Virus record (IMG/VR): IMGVR_UViG_3300037440_000066
Coordinates: 1 to 33,573 of that record
Origin: a virus
Lineage: Duplodnaviria; Caudoviricetes
DNA: 33,573 bases
Strand: one strand, 5' to 3'
Shown here: piece by piece, positions 17,096 through 26,455 of the stretch
How the letters are laid out: every line of letters begins with the position of its first letter
Numbering within the stretch: the stretch's first letter is position 1
The notes under the pieces: generated by a model
Database searches by the model: none
Told to the model about the DNA's origin: nothing
The model's input: the letters and a program-made list of their open reading frames with translations, nothing else
Program-made: the position numbers and the translations under genes

Positions 17096-18292
17096 TTACT
17101 CGGTGATGCGAACGGCGTGGTCGGGGCGCACGCCGGTCTGACCGATCAGGACATCCACACGGGTGTTTTCCGTGTTCTGATAGCCGTCACCGAAGGTCAT
17201 CACGCGGACGCTGATGTTGTTCACCGTGGCGGTGTAGCCCTCACACGAGGCCAAGACAGGCAATGGCGCAAAGCCGACTGCGAAGGCATCACGGTGGAAT
17301 GCCAGGTTCTGCGCGTTGCTCTCCGACGCTGTGCCGAAAATAGTGATCGCCGCACCAGCGCCAGGAGAGGCGGTGACGGTGCCGATCACGGTTGCCGAGG
17401 TCGGCGTGATCGCCGGGCTGATGCTGACGTTGCCCGCGCCGCCGGCATAGTCCGCCGTCACCGTGAACATGCGCGGCTTCCCGTTGTTCTCGCCGGTCAG
17501 CGGGTGTACCGCATTCACCCCATCGACCATGATGATCGAGCCTTCCGTGATTGGGCCAGTTCCGGTATCGACCGCGAGAACAGAGCCTGTCTGCCCCGCG
17601 CCATTGACCAGGTACCCAGTACCGGCACCGTTGGTGTGAACCGAGATTGACTGCTGCTCGAAGAACGTGAACCCGGCGAATTGCCCGACCGCGTTGTCGT
17701 CAAATTCCTTGCGAATCTCGGAATTCGTATGGAACAACGTTGCGTTGGCCTCAGCCAGCCCGATGTTGGCGTCCGAGCTGAAATGCAAGCTTCGCTCACC
17801 GGCTGGCGCCAGGAAGCGATTCAAGGCTGCCGATGCTTCTCGGTACGGGGTGCGGGTGACCGGGAGGGTGCCCCAGGTGCCTACCACGTTCGGGGTCTGC
17901 TTGGTGAACTCGCTGACCAGCCATGAATTGATCTGCGCGCTGAGACTGTTGACCGCTGGGCGCACAACGCGCTTGCGAAACTCGGAAACCTCAAGCGCCT
18001 TTTCTTTGGAGGTGAAGGAGACCGCAGCGTGCAGTTCCTTGTTCAACGTCAGCGAAACTTCGCCTTCCTGGAATGACGGAGCCGCGCCGCCGCCGGCAAA
18101 CACGGCGCCTTCGTATACGACAGGCACATGCGGAATGCTGATCCGCACGGTGTCGCCCTTCTTGTAGCCGTTGACCTCTTCGCCGAACTCGCGCTTGCGG
18201 TCGGTGTTCACGTTCTTGACGATGGCGTTTTCTTCGACCAGCATCTTCGCCGCCTCTCGGGCGAACATCTGGTGGGTATTGAGCTGTGGCAT
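17096..18292 (-). CDS. Major capsid protein, P22 coat (gp5) family
   Basis: KKGDTVRISIP, NLAFHRDAF, RVDVLIG; follows portal and scaffold. Confidence 0.9.
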   Translation of the reverse strand: MPQLNTHQMFAREAAKMLVEENAIVKNVNTDRKREFGEEVNGYKKGDTVRISIPHVPVVYEGAVFAGGGAAPSFQEGEVSLTLNKELHAAVSFTSKEKALEVSEFRKRVVRPAVNSLSAQINSWLVSEFTKQTPNVVGTWGTLPVTRTPYREASAALNRFLAPAGERSLHFSSDANIGLAEANATLFHTNSEIRKEFDDNAVGQFAGFTFFEQQSISVHTNGAGTGYLVNGAGQTGSVLAVDTGTGPITEGSIIMVDGVNAVHPLTGENNGKPRMFTVTADYAGGAGNVSISPAITPTSATVIGTVTASPGAGAAITIFGTASESNAQNLAFHRDAFAVGFAPLPVLASCEGYTATVNNISVRVMTFGDGYQNTENTRVDVLIGQTGVRPDHAVRITE

Positions 18293-18318
18293 AACTGCGT
18301 TTCCTCAAGAGTTGAGGC

Positions 18319-19200
18319 TTACCGCTTCCTCTCGCGCTCTTTCTCGCGCTTGAACCACTCGTCATCCGTCAGCTTTTCCGGCGGGGTTTCCGCTGTGCTG
18401 CGGCCTGACACGGTGGGTGTCGGAGCGGGGGCCTTGGAGATGGGTTTGGGCTTTGCCTCAGTGACCTGGGGCGGGCTCTGCTCTTGAGTTGGCGCGGCAG
18501 TGATGCGCGACGCGAGACGTTCGACGGCTGCCGCCGCCAGGTGTGGCTGGATCGAAGCCAGCCAGAACGCATCGTCGTCGTTGCTTCCAAGGTGGTACGC
18601 AATCGCGGGACCACTTTCGTGGGCCATGATCGCGGCCTGATGCTCGTCGGACAGCGGGAACTGAATCGAACCAACGACTTCCGGGAAATCCGGATGGTTG
18701 TCGGCGAACTCGGCGATTCGTTCGGTGTAGGTCGCCAGTACTTCACGCTGTCGATTGGAGGTTTCGGCCTCTTTGGTCTTGCTCTCACGTTCGGCGAGTT
18801 CCTGTTGCACGGCCCACTTGCTGTGGGCGCGCTGGAACGCCGCCAAATCGAAATCGTGTTCCTCAAGGGTCGGCTCACCATCGGCCGTGGCCGTGGGTTG
18901 CCGGGTCTGTGCCGGCTGCGGCTTCGCCTCGAGCTCGGCCAACTTGCGCCGCATTTCGGCGTTCTCGCCGTTGATGCGTTCGATGTACTGCTTGGTGCGG
19001 TTCTTCTTGCGTTCGGCCTTCTGTTCCTCGTCCTGCTTCGCTTCCTCAGCCTTCTTTGCAGCCTCGTCATCGGGGGTCGCTGCGGCCGATTCCAGGGCTT
19101 CCGCCTCGGCGTCGTTCTTGGGTGCCGGGACGGTGGTTTCTTTGACTTCGGCAACGGCTTCGCCGCCGCTCACCTCTGGGGTGTCGGTTTCGGTGTTCAT
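18319..19200 (-). CDS. Scaffolding protein
   Basis: Acidic, helical; GPAIAYHLG, SKAPAPTPTV; between portal and coat. Confidence 0.85.
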   Translation of the reverse strand: MNTETDTPEVSGGEAVAEVKETTVPAPKNDAEAEALESAAATPDDEAAKKAEEAKQDEEQKAERKKNRTKQYIERINGENAEMRRKLAELEAKPQPAQTRQPTATADGEPTLEEHDFDLAAFQRAHSKWAVQQELAERESKTKEAETSNRQREVLATYTERIAEFADNHPDFPEVVGSIQFPLSDEHQAAIMAHESGPAIAYHLGSNDDDAFWLASIQPHLAAAAVERLASRITAAPTQEQSPPQVTEAKPKPISKAPAPTPTVSGRSTAETPPEKLTDDEWFKREKERERKR

Positions 19201-19260
19201 TGCATCCTCTCGGGTTTCGGCCAGGCCGGGCCGATGCGGTCGGGCTAAGCCCGTGGTTTC

Positions 19261-21321
19261 TCAGCCCGGATAGCTGTTGGGCGGATATTCGTCAGGCGTA
19301 AAAAAACCGCCTTGCGGCGGCTGGGTGGATTCGATGAACTCGGGTTGCGGCGGAGGCATTGCGAATTGCTGTGCAAGCGCCGCCATCTGCCCTGACTGCA
19401 TCATGTTCTGTAGCTGCTGCTGCACCGCCTCGGCAATCGTTTTCTGAATGTCGGCCTGCGCCTGTGGGAGCACGGCCTGCGCCTCGGCACCCAGCTTCGC
19501 GGCGCCAGCGGCTGACTTCTCAGCATCTGCCAGCAGCTTCTTGACCTGCGCCTCAAGTCGTGGATCGGGTGGCGGCTGCTGCGGTGGCGCATCCTCGCCT
19601 TCCTTGGGAGGCAACACGCCCTGCGCGACCAGTTGCTTGCGGAAGGCCGTATCAACTTCCTCAGCCCCAGGCAGATCCATGTTCTTGACGGCGGTGTAGG
19701 CCATCAGCGCCGCAATCGGCGGTGGCAAGCCATTGCCCATCTGGCCCAGCATGTTGGTGAAGCCCTCGACCGCCTCCAGGCGCTGGGTCGCGTAGCTCGG
19801 GCCGACCGTGACGACAACGTCGTATTTGCCCTTGCTGATGTCGTTCAGCACGACCATTTCGCCCGTCTCCGGGTCCTGTACCTCCTGGTACAACTGCTTC
19901 CACTTCTCGCCGCCGTCCTCACCCAGAACACGGACGACCCGTGGGGTGTCGTACACCTGCGGGATCATATCCACGAGGATTTCATAGGTGTAGCGGATCG
20001 CGTACATCAGGTTATCGATGTAGTTGAACGTCGCCACCGCGCCCGATTGCTTGCGCTCCCGCTGCGCGATGCCGCTTGTTTCGTTCGACCTTGCACCAAG
20101 ACTGGCGTCGTACTGGCCAGTCGTGGCCTTCATGTCGTCGTTGTCCATCCCGGCCAACTGGATCAACGCAGCGGGCACCTGGGCCTGCTCGGCACGTTTC
20201 GGGATATCGTCTGCGTCATCACGGACCGGCAGGTACGGGTAATCCTCCGAGTTTGCCTTCTTCCAGAAATGCTCGAGCCCCTTGATCCACTTCATCTTGA
20301 GGATGAATGGCGCCTTCGGGGCCTTGGCAACCGCCTCGGTCATCGCCGTGCGGTGGACGTTGTGCAGGCGCTGCTGATCCTTCGACGGCCGCACCATGCC
20401 CTGCCAGTAGTCCTCGCCATCGATGTTCTGGATGTTGCCCCAGACCGGAATGAGCGGGATGAATTTGGATGGGAACTCGTAGGGCTCGTCCAGGAACTCA
20501 TGCCCGTTGGTCAACTGCATGCAGACCTTGTGAGAGTTGATCATGCGTCGGCGAGCGATCGTGACGCCGGCCGCCTGCAGTTCCTCCTCGCTCAAGCCTG
20601 CCGTGTCAGCAAAAACGACAGCCCCGGACGACAGCGCCCACAACTCGCGGCGCATCGGCTTCTTGTACCAATATTCGGATATCTGAACCTTCCCAGCTTC
20701 GCGCCAGTCCACGCATTGGGCGTCATCGAAGAATGCGCCCCAATCAGCCTCAGGATACTCGCGCTCAGCCTCATCTTCCGACATGAAATCATCGACAAAC
20801 GCGAATCGCCCATCGCGCCGGTCGATGTCCATTGCCGCCGGGTCGAAACGCACCGAGAAGGGGTTTCGCACCGGCTTGATACGGATATCGAGGTCGAAGT
20901 CATCCTCGTTCGCGTAGTCCGTGCAGATCCTCCACACCCCAAAGCCACCCTGCACGGCCGTCTCGAATGCGATGTCGTACGCCTGTTCAGCGTTGCTCAC
21001 CGACTCGATGTTGCGGCAGATGCCCTGCATGATCTCGGCCAGGCCACGATCGTTCTCCTCGGCGCCACGCACCTTCCCTTGTGGGCGCGTCTGGCGCATC
21101 TCGTTGACGACTTGACGAACATGGCTATTGAGCTTCGGGAACTCGTAGCATGGCCGATCACCACGGCGTGTCTTGAGCGCGGTATCCCACTGCGCGCCCG
21201 GCACCGTTACGAACTTGATGTCCTCGCTCGCCTTGTCGTACAGCGACGCGCTGCACTCAACCGAACGCGCCCGCCGCTTGAGCATCTCGGCAATACGATC
21301 GGTTTCTTTTGCGTCGGCCAT
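19261..21321 (-). CDS. Portal protein, P22 gp1-like
   Basis: GAQW, GKYDVVVTVGPSYATQR, Gln-rich C-terminal barrel; ATG 21321 overlaps TerL stop. Confidence 0.92.
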   Translation of the reverse strand: MADAKETDRIAEMLKRRARSVECSASLYDKASEDIKFVTVPGAQWDTALKTRRGDRPCYEFPKLNSHVRQVVNEMRQTRPQGKVRGAEENDRGLAEIMQGICRNIESVSNAEQAYDIAFETAVQGGFGVWRICTDYANEDDFDLDIRIKPVRNPFSVRFDPAAMDIDRRDGRFAFVDDFMSEDEAEREYPEADWGAFFDDAQCVDWREAGKVQISEYWYKKPMRRELWALSSGAVVFADTAGLSEEELQAAGVTIARRRMINSHKVCMQLTNGHEFLDEPYEFPSKFIPLIPVWGNIQNIDGEDYWQGMVRPSKDQQRLHNVHRTAMTEAVAKAPKAPFILKMKWIKGLEHFWKKANSEDYPYLPVRDDADDIPKRAEQAQVPAALIQLAGMDNDDMKATTGQYDASLGARSNETSGIAQRERKQSGAVATFNYIDNLMYAIRYTYEILVDMIPQVYDTPRVVRVLGEDGGEKWKQLYQEVQDPETGEMVVLNDISKGKYDVVVTVGPSYATQRLEAVEGFTNMLGQMGNGLPPPIAALMAYTAVKNMDLPGAEEVDTAFRKQLVAQGVLPPKEGEDAPPQQPPPDPRLEAQVKKLLADAEKSAAGAAKLGAEAQAVLPQAQADIQKTIAEAVQQQLQNMMQSGQMAALAQQFAMPPPQPEFIESTQPPQGGFFTPDEYPPNSYPG
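19300..19322 (-). terminator. Terminator-like hairpin inside portal 3' end
   Basis: Minus strand AGCCGCC-GCAA-GGCGGTTTTTTT. Confidence 0.6.
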
Positions 21322-22832
21322 CAGTAATCCACCTGGTAATCGTCCAGCGCCGAAACGTCCATGCCGTCCTCCGGCCACGACAACGGCATCTCCGGCTCGG
21401 CGATTCGGGCCAGGCTATCGAGCATGTCGTCGTGAAGGGAGACGGGAAACGCCTTGAATTCGTGTTGCACGAACACATCGACAAGATCCTCGACCTTGCC
21501 CTCGTAATTGGTCTTGTGCAGCGTGCGGGGCAGGTAAATCCGCCCCTGCTCGAACAGTGGAATCAGCCGCTTGATTCGGTCGGCCTTGGGGAGCTGGCCG
21601 GCGACCGGAAGCACGTCGAAGCGGTAGTTCTGCGTCTCTTGCTGCGACTTCAAATGCTCGATGTCCGCCATCATCCCGTACTTCTCGTACCGGACTTCCT
21701 GCGGCTTCCACTTGCGGTGCAGGTCCATCACAAGTCGGGTGCGTTGGGTCAGGTTGAGCCGATCCCGGTAGAGGTCGAGCGCGTAGTAGTTCCGGTCATG
21801 GCCCAAGCCAATCACCCAAACCGACGTGTAGTCGTTTCCCTTCTTCTTCTCGCTGGCCGGATCGACCAGGATGTAGCGGTTGGTTCCGGCCGCAGCATCG
21901 TTGTCGTAGAACCGCAGCCAGTCCTCCCGGAAGCCTTGAGTCTCGTCCGCCTTCGGGTTCTGCAGCATCTGGCAGGCGAAGGTGTACGGGCCCATGTCCC
22001 GGCGCTTCTCGGCCAGTGTCTCGGCCGATAGCAGGACGGGCACGCCTTCCACTGACCCATCCTCAGTCGCCGGGTAGATGCGCGGCGTCGCCGTCTCGCG
22101 GTCAATGACCGTCTTGTAGCTGTCGTTGAAGTGGTATCGCGTGCCGATGAACCGCTTGACTCCGCCATCGGTGCCCAGGTTGTAGCTCAGCTCAAGCGCG
22201 CTGGTCGTCTTGGCGATCATGTCGGGCGTTGTGACCGACTCTTTCGTGACCAAGTCGTCGAAGATCAGCCTGGGGAAATGCTTGCCGGTCGGCTGCCCAT
22301 CCACCACGCCCCATGCCTCGACCGTGGACTCCTTCGGGTTGGTCTTGCGCTTGACGACAATCCCATCGTCCTCCGACCACTTCGGCGCCTTGCGTGGGTC
22401 GTCCCACAGAATGTCCGGGAACAATTCACGCAGCTTGGCGTTCCGCTCGAGCTCGACCTTGATTTGGCGAAGGAAGCCTTTCGCGATCGGCCGTGTGTGG
22501 CTGAATATCCCGAAGCACAGCTCGCGTCCGCCGTAGATCGGCAGCGGGTCTTTGCCGTGACTGCCTAGGATTTCCATGATCGTCAGCCCGAAGGTGATGA
22601 TCGTGGACTTGTAGTGCTCACGTGCCCACAGGTCCAAGTGCCCGTTCGGACTGGCCTGCACCTCCTCGCACCTGGCCTTCAACCATGGGCGGTCGATGTC
22701 CTTTCGGCCGAGGATCTCCGTCAACAGGTAGAACAGGTCAGTTCTCGCCCGAGCCCTGCTTTCCCTGCGCCCACGCTCCTCCAGCAGCGCCAGCAGTTCG
22801 CGCTTCTCGGAGGCAGGCATGGCGATGTTCAC
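21321..22832 (-). CDS. terL: Terminase large subunit
   Basis: Walker A variant AREHYKST, Walker B LIFDD, IGTRYH, nuclease VDPA...HDDMLDSL; directly upstream of portal. Confidence 0.92.
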   Translation of the reverse strand: MNIAMPASEKRELLALLEERGRRESRARARTDLFYLLTEILGRKDIDRPWLKARCEEVQASPNGHLDLWAREHYKSTIITFGLTIMEILGSHGKDPLPIYGGRELCFGIFSHTRPIAKGFLRQIKVELERNAKLRELFPDILWDDPRKAPKWSEDDGIVVKRKTNPKESTVEAWGVVDGQPTGKHFPRLIFDDLVTKESVTTPDMIAKTTSALELSYNLGTDGGVKRFIGTRYHFNDSYKTVIDRETATPRIYPATEDGSVEGVPVLLSAETLAEKRRDMGPYTFACQMLQNPKADETQGFREDWLRFYDNDAAAGTNRYILVDPASEKKKGNDYTSVWVIGLGHDRNYYALDLYRDRLNLTQRTRLVMDLHRKWKPQEVRYEKYGMMADIEHLKSQQETQNYRFDVLPVAGQLPKADRIKRLIPLFEQGRIYLPRTLHKTNYEGKVEDLVDVFVQHEFKAFPVSLHDDMLDSLARIAEPEMPLSWPEDGMDVSALDDYQVDY

Positions 22833-22999
22833 GGTTCGGAGATGTACGTCCCGGCCGCATACGTCTTGCCATCGACGCGCAACTCATTGCCCACCACCTT
22901 GGCGCGACCGACAAGCTCACGCAGCCACTTGGGTGGGACGCCATCACCGAAATCGAACCTCGGCCGGCCTCCGATGATGCCAATGAATCGAACCTTCAT
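22829..22999 (-). CDS. Hypothetical protein, 56 aa (MKVRFIGIIGGRPRFDFGDG...)
   Basis: Translated by hand; ATGA and GTGA overlaps at both ends. Confidence 0.65.
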   Translation of the reverse strand: MKVRFIGIIGGRPRFDFGDGVPPKWLRELVGRAKVVGNELRVDGKTYAAGTYISEP

Positions 23000-23835
23000 G
23001 CGGTCACCGTCAGGATGGTGGGCCCGGCAACGGTGTTTTCGTCGCCGAAGTACGGCCCAGGCATGACCTCGACCACGAATAGTTGGTTGTAGACCTCGCC
23101 GTTATCCAGGGTGACTTGGCACTTCATGCCAACACATCCCCTATACGCGGCCTGGATCATCACCTGAGCTGCACGGCCGGCGATCGTTGGGGCAGACATG
23201 CCGACGCTCGATGCCACCTCCATACGCCACTGTGCCTGCACAATTGATCGGGACGGCGGAATGGCGCCATTGAAGTCGGCAACGAGGCAGCGCTTCTCGT
23301 TCGGGTACAGCCGCATCGAATGGATCCGCGTCCGGGTGTGTGCCGAGACATAGGCACGCGAAACGCGGCCCAGTTCCTCGCATGGCTCAGAAACCGGCGG
23401 GTCGGGAACTTCCACCTCGATCAAGAACTGGGAGGTCGATGCGTCATACTCCCCACCAGTCGTGATCACCATGTCCTGCTCAAGAGTGAAGTCGATAGTG
23501 ACCTCAACTGGGTTTGGCTCCCAAGACGTCTCTGGCGTAATAGAAGTGTTTGGGATGGTCTGAACAACAACAAGACCGTCTTCCGTTTGCACGGTAAACG
23601 CTACATCGCCTGGGGCGGCCGCAGCATAGGAGATAGGCGTGATCCGTAAGTTGATCGGCTCACGACCCACGGTATAAACGAAATTGAACTGCCAGTCTGC
23701 TATAGCGCCACCTGACGGCGGCGTACCTTGGTCCTTTATCGCAACGCTAGAAACAAGAGAAACGCTTCCACCGAAGTCAGAGTTCTCGACGAACGTGAAC
23801 TCGATGCCGCTTGTCTCGATGGGAACCCAAGCCAT
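22996..23835 (-). CDS. Two-domain beta-rich protein between terS and terL (possible virion accessory)
   Basis: 279 aa; coupled to TerS stop; Pro-rich linker VPDPPVSEP. Confidence 0.7.
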   Translation of the reverse strand: MAWVPIETSGIEFTFVENSDFGGSVSLVSSVAIKDQGTPPSGGAIADWQFNFVYTVGREPINLRITPISYAAAAPGDVAFTVQTEDGLVVVQTIPNTSITPETSWEPNPVEVTIDFTLEQDMVITTGGEYDASTSQFLIEVEVPDPPVSEPCEELGRVSRAYVSAHTRTRIHSMRLYPNEKRCLVADFNGAIPPSRSIVQAQWRMEVASSVGMSAPTIAGRAAQVMIQAAYRGCVGMKCQVTLDNGEVYNQLFVVEVMPGPYFGDENTVAGPTILTVTA

Positions 23836-24299
23836 CAGCCAGTCTCCTTGCCGAGCATCGCTTTGATCCGCGCGTCAATCTCGGCATCTGACAACTGACC
23901 GATCGGGGCTTCAGGGTCACCAGCCAGAACCTGGCGGTCGCCGTACTTGCGAGGCTTAAGCTTGGCTGCCACCCACTTGCGGGCGTCCACGCGGAGCCGG
24001 TTCCGTGCCACAGCAGTCGCGTCAAGCGCAAACCGGACCTCCTCGCCGTCCACCTTGGCCGTGATTGCGGATTCATCCGAAATGCCCACAATCTCGTCAG
24101 CGAGCGTGTCCGCTTGGTCCTCCCTCGCGCGCGCATACATGTCTCGGAAGCGTTCATGCGCAGCAAGCCACCTGAACACGGTAGACCGTCCAGGCATGTC
24201 AGCATCGGCACAAATTCCCTTCAGGCTCTCCCCATCGGACAGACGCACGCAGATGGTGGCTGCGAGTTCCTCTGTGTAGTCGGATGGGCGTCCAGTCAT
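23835..24299 (-). CDS. terS: Terminase small subunit (Sf6 gp1-like)
   Basis: GRPSDYTEELA..IC..L..GESL..IC...MP.RSTVFRWL...RVDARKW.AAKLKPRKYGD. Confidence 0.92.
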   Translation of the reverse strand: MTGRPSDYTEELAATICVRLSDGESLKGICADADMPGRSTVFRWLAAHERFRDMYARAREDQADTLADEIVGISDESAITAKVDGEEVRFALDATAVARNRLRVDARKWVAAKLKPRKYGDRQVLAGDPEAPIGQLSDAEIDARIKAMLGKETG

Positions 24300-24302
24300 T
24301 TT

Positions 24303-24428
24303 TCAGTAGACTCCAAGGACAACCCACACAAGGAGCGCCACCACAGACGCCATGTAAACGTTTGAAGCTGAGTCCTGCTTCCGCTGGAGCTCCCTTCCTT
24401 CCTCAGTGTTCGGATCGAACCAACTCAT
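24303..24428 (-). CDS. Tiny single-TM protein, 41 aa (MSWFDPNTEEGRELQRKQ...VALLVWVVLGVY)
   Basis: Translated by hand; GGAGG RBS. Confidence 0.6.
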   Translation of the reverse strand: MSWFDPNTEEGRELQRKQDSASNVYMASVVALLVWVVLGVY

Positions 24429-24495
24429 GGCGTTTCCTCCACAACCGCAGTCAAACTGAACGGCCCGTTGTTGTTCAGGTACGTGGCGCTCGGCT

Positions 24496-24978
24496 TCATT
24501 GTGTCACCACCTCGGCGTATCGGCGCCATGCGTCTTGACGGGCGTCACACTCGGCCCCGACTCGAACAACTCGTCCCGCAGCCTCTGCTCGGCGTTGATC
24601 GGCTGCAGCAAGCTCGCCGGCGGACTCGGCACCTGCGGACAGGCGATCGGTCTCGCAACCTCGCCAGAGGTCTTGCAGGCGCACAGTGCCAGCCCGCAGG
24701 CCAGCGACAGTAGACGCCTCGGTGTGCTTGCCATCGTCGAACCCTCTCTGATACTCGACTGCCAGCTTGTTGACAGCCGCTTGCATGCCCTGTTCAGCCT
24801 TGCGGGCGTCACGCTGTGCATCGGCCTCGGCTGCCATGAACTCACCGATTACCTTCTCGGCACGCGCGTTGGCCCGGTTATAGCCGTTCCCGTCCGCCCA
24901 GCGGTAGAACATAAACTGGAACAGGGAGAATGCTACTACGACCGCTCCGGCCTTCAGTAGTGGCGCGTACGAGATCAA
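24496..24978 (-). CDS. Rz: i-spanin (Rz-like)
   Basis: N-terminal TM, coiled coil, LRAGTVRL and two Cys; embedded lipoprotein ORF. Confidence 0.85.
   Translation of the reverse strand: MISYAPLLKAGAVVVAFSLFQFMFYRWADGNGYNRANARAEKVIGEFMAAEADAQRDARKAEQGMQAAVNKLAVEYQRGFDDGKHTEASTVAGLRAGTVRLQDLWRGCETDRLSAGAESAGELAAADQRRAEAAGRVVRVGAECDARQDAWRRYAEVVTQ
24504..24734 (-). CDS. Rz1: o-spanin lipoprotein embedded in Rz
   Basis: ATG 24734 with GAGGG RBS; signal peptide and lipobox LCAC; Pro-rich CPQVPSPP. Confidence 0.85.
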   Translation of the reverse strand: MASTPRRLLSLACGLALCACKTSGEVARPIACPQVPSPPASLLQPINAEQRLRDELFESGPSVTPVKTHGADTPRW

Positions 24979-25247
24979 TCAGCCGGCTTCTGCTTGAAGC
25001 TGGTGGCGAACGGGGTCAGGACCGCAGAACCGACTGCAGCACTGCCAAGCGTAGCAAGTGCCCACATCGGGAATGCGGCCTTCGCGCCATGATCCAGCAA
25101 TGCGTAGGCCGCCAAGCCCGCCAGAGACGACGTGTTTATTACCGACAGCCATGTCGAAATGCGGTGCCATACGTGATTGAAGTCGAAGCGGGCGATGAAC
25201 GCCTTCAATGGGTCGATGATGATTATGGGTCCGCCTGGCATGGTCAT
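24975..25247 (-). CDS. Holin-like two-TM protein
   Basis: WHRISTW, two hydrophobic helices, KQK tail; directly before Rz. Confidence 0.7.
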   Translation of the reverse strand: MTMPGGPIIIIDPLKAFIARFDFNHVWHRISTWLSVINTSSLAGLAAYALLDHGAKAAFPMWALATLGSAAVGSAVLTPFATSFKQKPAD

Positions 25248-25552
25248 TTCTCCGGTTGCTTTTGCTCTGCACGAAGCTTGTTGATGTAAGCGTCGTGAAT
25301 GTCGTCGTTGTTGCGTAACGTGCTGAAATCGCTGTCGATTCTTCCGAACTCACGGCTAAGCCAGAAGCCTCCGACCATCATCATTCCCAGCATCATCAGG
25401 GATGCCGTCACCGAAACCCAGACGCCGACACCGCCAGCGTTCACGGTGATGGTGGAGTTGCTTGAATTGCTCCGGATCAGCTCGTCCGTCTTCTCTGAAA
25501 ACTTGTTAAGAGCGCGCGTAAGCTCCTGAACTTCCCCCTGTTTATCAGTCAC
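25244..25552 (-). CDS. Single-TM lysis-cassette protein
   Basis: Central TM segment; coupled overlaps. Confidence 0.7.
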   Translation of the reverse strand: MTDKQGEVQELTRALNKFSEKTDELIRSNSSNSTITVNAGGVGVWVSVTASLMMLGMMMVGGFWLSREFGRIDSDFSTLRNNDDIHDAYINKLRAEQKQPEK

Positions 25553-25791
25553 TTGTAGGGCTCCGTGAACACGGGGACGTCCATTTTAAGAGCAATCCTG
25601 TACACCACGTCCCGCAGTGCATGGATCTCCCGCCGGAACTCGTCCAAGTGCCCGTTTCGAACGTAGTCCTCGGCAACCTTAACTTTCAGCGCGTGGTGAT
25701 CGCGCCACAGCATCCAGACCCAACCGACCAGACCCACGATTGCAGCCGCCAGCAGGGCCACGATCAATTGCTGAATGCCAGCATCCATCAA
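25549..25791 (-). CDS. Single-TM lysis-cassette protein (holin/antiholin-like)
   Basis: N-terminal TM then coiled coil, KVAEDYV; directly after endolysin. Confidence 0.7.
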   Translation of the reverse strand: MMDAGIQQLIVALLAAAIVGLVGWVWMLWRDHHALKVKVAEDYVRNGHLDEFRREIHALRDVVYRIALKMDVPVFTEPYK

Positions 25792-26264
25792 ATGGCTTCC
25801 ATCGCCTGCTTATACAGGGAATCCCACGTCTGCGGATGTGGCTTGCCTGGCCGCCAATTGCGCAGGTAGTACGCCCACGCCCCGTCAGCGTCCCCGATGG
25901 CTGGAAGTGGCCTCGCGTCCGTCCACAGAAGCAGCCTGGCGAAGCCGGCCGCAAGAATATCGTCATCAGCCAAGGTCCGGTACACGCCGTCAAGCGTGGC
26001 AGGAACGCCGCGAAGCGCACAAATAGCCTTGGCATGGCGCGCGCTGGACTCATGGGTGAGAACACCCTTCACGCCGCCACCGCGCTCAAACTGCCAGAAG
26101 CCCATCGCTGGGCCCCCAATCTGTTTGCGATGCTCGAACCTGGATTCCTGCAAACCTATGGCCAGCAGCATCACCGTAGCGCCTAGGCTGGCGAATTTAC
26201 CGGGCAAGACTTCCCTATACGCTGGGTAGATGATCTTTTCGCGGGCGTATTCGAGTGTTGACAT
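25788..26264 (-). CDS. Endolysin, lysozyme-like (lytic transglycosylase-type) fold
   Basis: LLAIGLQES catalytic Glu, GPAMGFWQFE, WRPGKP; head of lysis cassette; start 26264 or 26270. Confidence 0.8.
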   Translation of the reverse strand: MSTLEYAREKIIYPAYREVLPGKFASLGATVMLLAIGLQESRFEHRKQIGGPAMGFWQFERGGGVKGVLTHESSARHAKAICALRGVPATLDGVYRTLADDDILAAGFARLLLWTDARPLPAIGDADGAWAYYLRNWRPGKPHPQTWDSLYKQAMEAI

Positions 26265-26455
26265 AGGCATAGAAGCCCGGGCGAGTCGGTCGGTCGAGGA
26301 TCCGCTGCCCGGGAGGGCCACTGACGGCCGGAAATATGGTGTATTGCTTGTGGAACGCCTGCTCGGGCTTTTCAGAACCCCGGTTGCGGGACTTGTCCGG
26401 GTTGAAACCGCTACTGCTCTGCCACAAGCAAAATGGCGTATTCGAGGGTTGGCAT
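26244..26455 (-). repeat. 21-bp direct repeat (19/21) at 26244-26264 and 26435-26455 enclosing a 10-bp inverted-repeat hairpin element
   Basis: Minus strand ATGCCAACCCTCGAATACGCC versus ATGTCAACACTCGAATACGCC; TTGCTTGTGG 26344-26353 / CCACAAGCAA 26422-26431. Confidence 0.85.

Noticed and set aside
19633-21327. Long + strand ORFs antisense to structural genes (also 12865-13905, 15145-16104, 18484-19248)
   Set aside because: Shadow ORFs expected from high-GC codon bias; no motifs or RBS
26150-26200. SAR/signal anchor in the endolysin
   Set aside because: The hydrophobic stretch is the helix leading to the catalytic Glu (QES), not an N-terminal anchor
26344-26431. tRNA gene (TGGCAGAG, GGTTC and CCA-like motifs on minus strand)
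   Set aside because: No consistent cloverleaf or canonical T-loop; folds better as a rod. tRNAscan-SE/ARAGORN would settle it
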